From Eledone cirrhosa (lineage: Eukaryota), in NCBI GenBank assembly GCA_964016885.1, contig OZ024743.1, positions 293,074,001 to 293,138,000 on the forward strand: a DNA stretch of 64,000 nucleotides. Direction: 5' to 3'. Below the pieces are notes generated by a model. That model was not told where the DNA came from and searched no databases. It saw only the letters and a program-made list of their open reading frames with translations. Positions 57,237 through 64,000 of this stretch are shown here, in pieces. Position numbers and translations under genes: made by a program. Positions within the stretch are counted from its first letter, which is position 1. Every line of letters begins with the position of its first letter.

Positions 57237-59543
57237 TTATAGTGAGAGAATTTGGCCTTTCAGTTTGTGGTTGCAGTATAATGATCGTTCGATTCTGTCA
57301 TTTAGTAATTTATTTTTGGATTTTAAGATGTAAAAGAGTTCAAGGTTACATAACCTGCAGTACTTCAATCCACTAGCTTTGGAAAATATATTCCATTTCA
57401 AGGTGAACTGTTGGTTGCGTTCACGGAGTTACCAGGTCTTGTTGGCGAGCGTGGTCACAAAACGGTGATTAGGATGTTTAATTGAGAATCGATGACGATA
57501 CCAGCGAGATTTAAAGGAGGTAGTGGTAGACCCGATGTAATACCATTTCTGGTCGTTCGATTCAACAGTGCATTGATAAACAATGTTGGACTTTAGGCAT
57601 TTATTCTTCAATGGACATCTTTCAGGTAGGTGGCAGTTACAGTTTTTATTGTGGGTAGCGGGTATACCATGGATAGGTTGGGATAGCAGTACAGGTGGGT
57701 TGTGTAATACCCGTCTCCCATTTAGTGGTTGGAAGGCCGATACTACGTTATGCTCATCTGTTATTAAAATATTTTGTTTTGTAGTGTTGTTTAATTGCTT
57801 TAAATTAAATTTTTTTATGTATGCTTCAAGGTTTGGTGCAGTGGAGTATGATAGCTTAATAGTCTTAGAGTTCTGAATGTTACTGTATTTATGGGAATTA
57901 GGGAAATGCTTGTTGATTAACTTAAAGAATGAAAGAGATAGTTTTGTACTAATTGAAGCATTAAAAATGGGATTATACCAGATATACTTTCTACAATGTG
58001 ATTTATTTGGTGATGATTTTCTATTATTAGTATGTCTGGTGGTTCTGCGTGTGTGCGCTTGTATTGCTGAACCCCGGTTACGTATTCTTTAATTTCGTGT
58101 AGAGCTATGTGTGTTATGGAGATTCTTATCAATGTATTCTATTGTATCCCAGTGGTCGGCATTCCTTAATGCATTATTATAGTATTCAGCATGTTCACTG
58201 AAAATCTCAGAGTTAAACGATAGGCGAGAGATTCTAAGAGAAATACTACGGGGAACCGATTTGATCATGGAAAGTGGGTGGTTTGAGTTAAAATTGATAT
58301 AGGTAAGGTTCTCATTTATCTTGTGAAGGGTCGTATCAGTCCGGTATTTAAATTAAGAGTTACGTCTAGAAAATTTACTACTTTAAGATTGTATTCGTAC
58401 GTTATTTTTAGACCCAGTTCACTAAAAGATTTTCTAATGTTTTTCGGTAGCCTTTCAAGATTTTGGTTATTTTAAGTCATTAACTAATAAGAGCCCGTCA
58501 TCTCTATATATTCCCCCCTGTAGATTACTAAATTTTCCATGTAGTATGTGGGCTATGTAAATTCCCACAAGATCGGTGACCTTCGCTGAGTCGTGGGGGC
58601 CCATGGGAATGTCAAAGTTTGTGGGTCTGTCCTTACATTCCCAGTAGCAGTTATCAAACTTGATAATAGATTTTCTAGCCTCTAGAATAATATTAATTTC
58701 GTCCTCCGTTAGGTGGGAATTGACTTTGGCAAACGATAGGGCCTTACGTAAAGTGCTGGGTGAGATTGAAGAGTAGTATTTGTCTATGTCAAATTGTATA
58801 AACTTAGATTTATTCTTGTTCTTAACGTTATTAAACCAGCGAATTGCTTCGCTAGTGTTGCCCCATAATTTAATTTCTATTTTCTTTTTCAATTGAGTTA
58901 TTACTCTGTCAAGTATATGTTTGCTAATTTTTCCTATGTCTGATTTAGAAGGGCATATAAGTCTAATCTTAGGGTTAGAGTCAAAATTTACCTTATGCTC
59001 CTTCAGGTTAAAGGTGGGGGTTGCGGGTATAATCGGCTCGGTTCTATCGTCTATCTTGAGATTCTTCACCATCTTGTATGCCTCGTTGTTAATGTTTGCT
59101 AGCGTAGTTTCACTTGTTTTTCTATATTTCTTGTGTAGTTCTTTGCGTATGAAGCTGTTGTATGTATCGATATCCATGGTATACACGTTAGAGGTCTTAT
59201 CAGCTTTCACAACAATTCTATTGGTATTTTGCAGTCTTCAGAGTAGTGCTTTCATGTTGCTCTGCAGCTCATTACTCCTATGTTTGGTAAATTTAATATT
59301 CACGGTCATATTCATTAAGTCTTCTTCGAAAGCATCAAGATGGGGGTTTGTGGGTGGGTTTTTACATGATTTAAAACCATATGGTTCAGACGAGTGACTG
59401 GCGTGTCCCTTATCGAAATGGAAAGCCTTCCATCGTACACGCCGAATGAAGTCATTATTGCGTTGTATCATACCAAGAATGTATTCCCTTTTGTGAGGTA
59501 TAGGTATGTTTTTAAGTGACATACCAATATGATGTCTTTCCAT
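57237..59543 (-). pseudogene. PLE RT-GIY-YIG ORF with several stops and frameshifts
   Basis: SLKNIPIP..RVRWKAF, ADKT, QFDI, YRDD, FLDV, NIVYQC..YIGST..FKSRW, CRLC. Confidence 0.9.
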
Positions 59544-59850
59544 ATTACTGCCGTATGTCGGTGTGGTTGCTCAACTGTGCAGGAGGCGATTATTAGGTAT
59601 AGGAGTATCCTGGATGGAGTAATGGTTAATTACTACACTGGATAGAGTTGACGTACGGTGAGAGGTTGCTCAACGAGTTATGGAAGAATTGTTGAAGAAA
59701 CTTAGTTCCCGATCCTTCTGTATTCCGGAGTGTAGATAAAGAATGAATAATAACAGGTAGACATCATAAAAAGTTAATTTATTCTGTGTGCTTACAAATG
59801 TTTCCACGGTGGTTATACAGCCTAGTTATGGTATGTGCAAATTTAAAACA

Positions 59851-59978
<128 letters not shown>

Positions 59979-60374
59979 GTATATACATATAAACGTAAGG
60001 CAAGAAAAAATGGAGAACAAAGTTCTTTTGTATAGAAAATAATTGAAATCTGTTCACACAGTTGGCACATAGATGAAAGTGCTTCAGTGAAAATAGCAAG
60101 ACATCAAATAAAGGAACAAGAAATGCTAACAATACAAAAACTATAAGTATCAGAACATTAGTAACAATAAAGAATAATGTAAAAAGTATATCCTGTTGAG
60201 CTAATGTAGAGTTGGAATTGTCACAAATGTGACTTTGATTTCCTTCAGATATTGTTGGAGACATTCATATGTATGTATGTTCTGTATATGTTATATGTTG
60301 GTGTATATATATATATATGTAAGTATGTGTATATATATATATATATATGTATGTATATATATATATATATATAT

Positions 60375-63525
<3,151 letters not shown>

Positions 63526-63590
63526 TATAACAACTATATATATATATATATAATAATAAAATGTGGAGAGGAAGCACACGAGTTAGGATA

Positions 63591-63680
<90 letters not shown>

Positions 63681-64000
63681 ATAGGGAGAAAGAGACGATT
63701 ATTAGGAAGAAAAATATATTTTTTTTCCTTTTTAGTTTCTCTCTCTCTTTTATCTGGGTTAGAAAATGATTAAAACGAAATGTTTTACATTGTGTGAAGT
63801 GTTAAGGTATTAGATGATTTATTTATTATTTAACAATGGGATTTATTTATTTATTTATATATTTAATTATTGTCTATTACCGGTTTCAGCATTTTTATAC
63901 ATTATCAAATAATAGTGAAATGTATTAGTGTGGTGTCGCACATGTTAAACAGAAGGTGCAGAAAGAATAATATATATATATATATATAAATATATATATA

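Larger units (their letters stand above)
56521..59850 (-). mobile_element. Naiad-type PLE family C, full length, decayed
   Basis: Direct repeat ~56521-56626 / ~59740-59845; ORF pieces in order; (TA)n flanks. Confidence 0.92.

Noticed and set aside
59238-59240. In-frame TGA as possible selenocysteine in a Naiad ORF
   Set aside because: It aligns to Arg in family B, so CGA>TGA decay is likely; it is not a Cys position, the copy has other stops and frameshifts, and I saw no SECIS

Overview
AT-rich animal DNA. The SINE and LINE types and the density of (TA)n/(CA)n/(CATA)n/(GATA)n tracts suggest an octopus-like cephalopod (inference). No host gene can be supported; most listed ORFs are microsatellite read-through. 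The window is dominated by retroelements sitting in microsatellites: three families of Naiad-type Penelope-like elements (PLEs; one copy at 37.5-41.0 kb has only one internal stop), a second PLE clade, several non-autonomous PLE derivatives, three Tx1/L1-like copies next to (GATA)n, an R4/Dong-like element, CR1 and RTE fragments, two mariner remnants, a Helitron-like non-autonomous element and tRNA-derived SINEs. The most striking signal, found by hand-folding, is a set of about 15 type I hammerhead ribozyme (HHR) folds at PLE termini. Many have non-canonical cores (GUGACCA, UUGAUAA, CAGAAGA, CCGAAGA, CCGAGGA) or very long stem II insertions. One inversion junction falls at a predicted cleavage site. 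No structure or activity was computed, and element boundaries are approximate.
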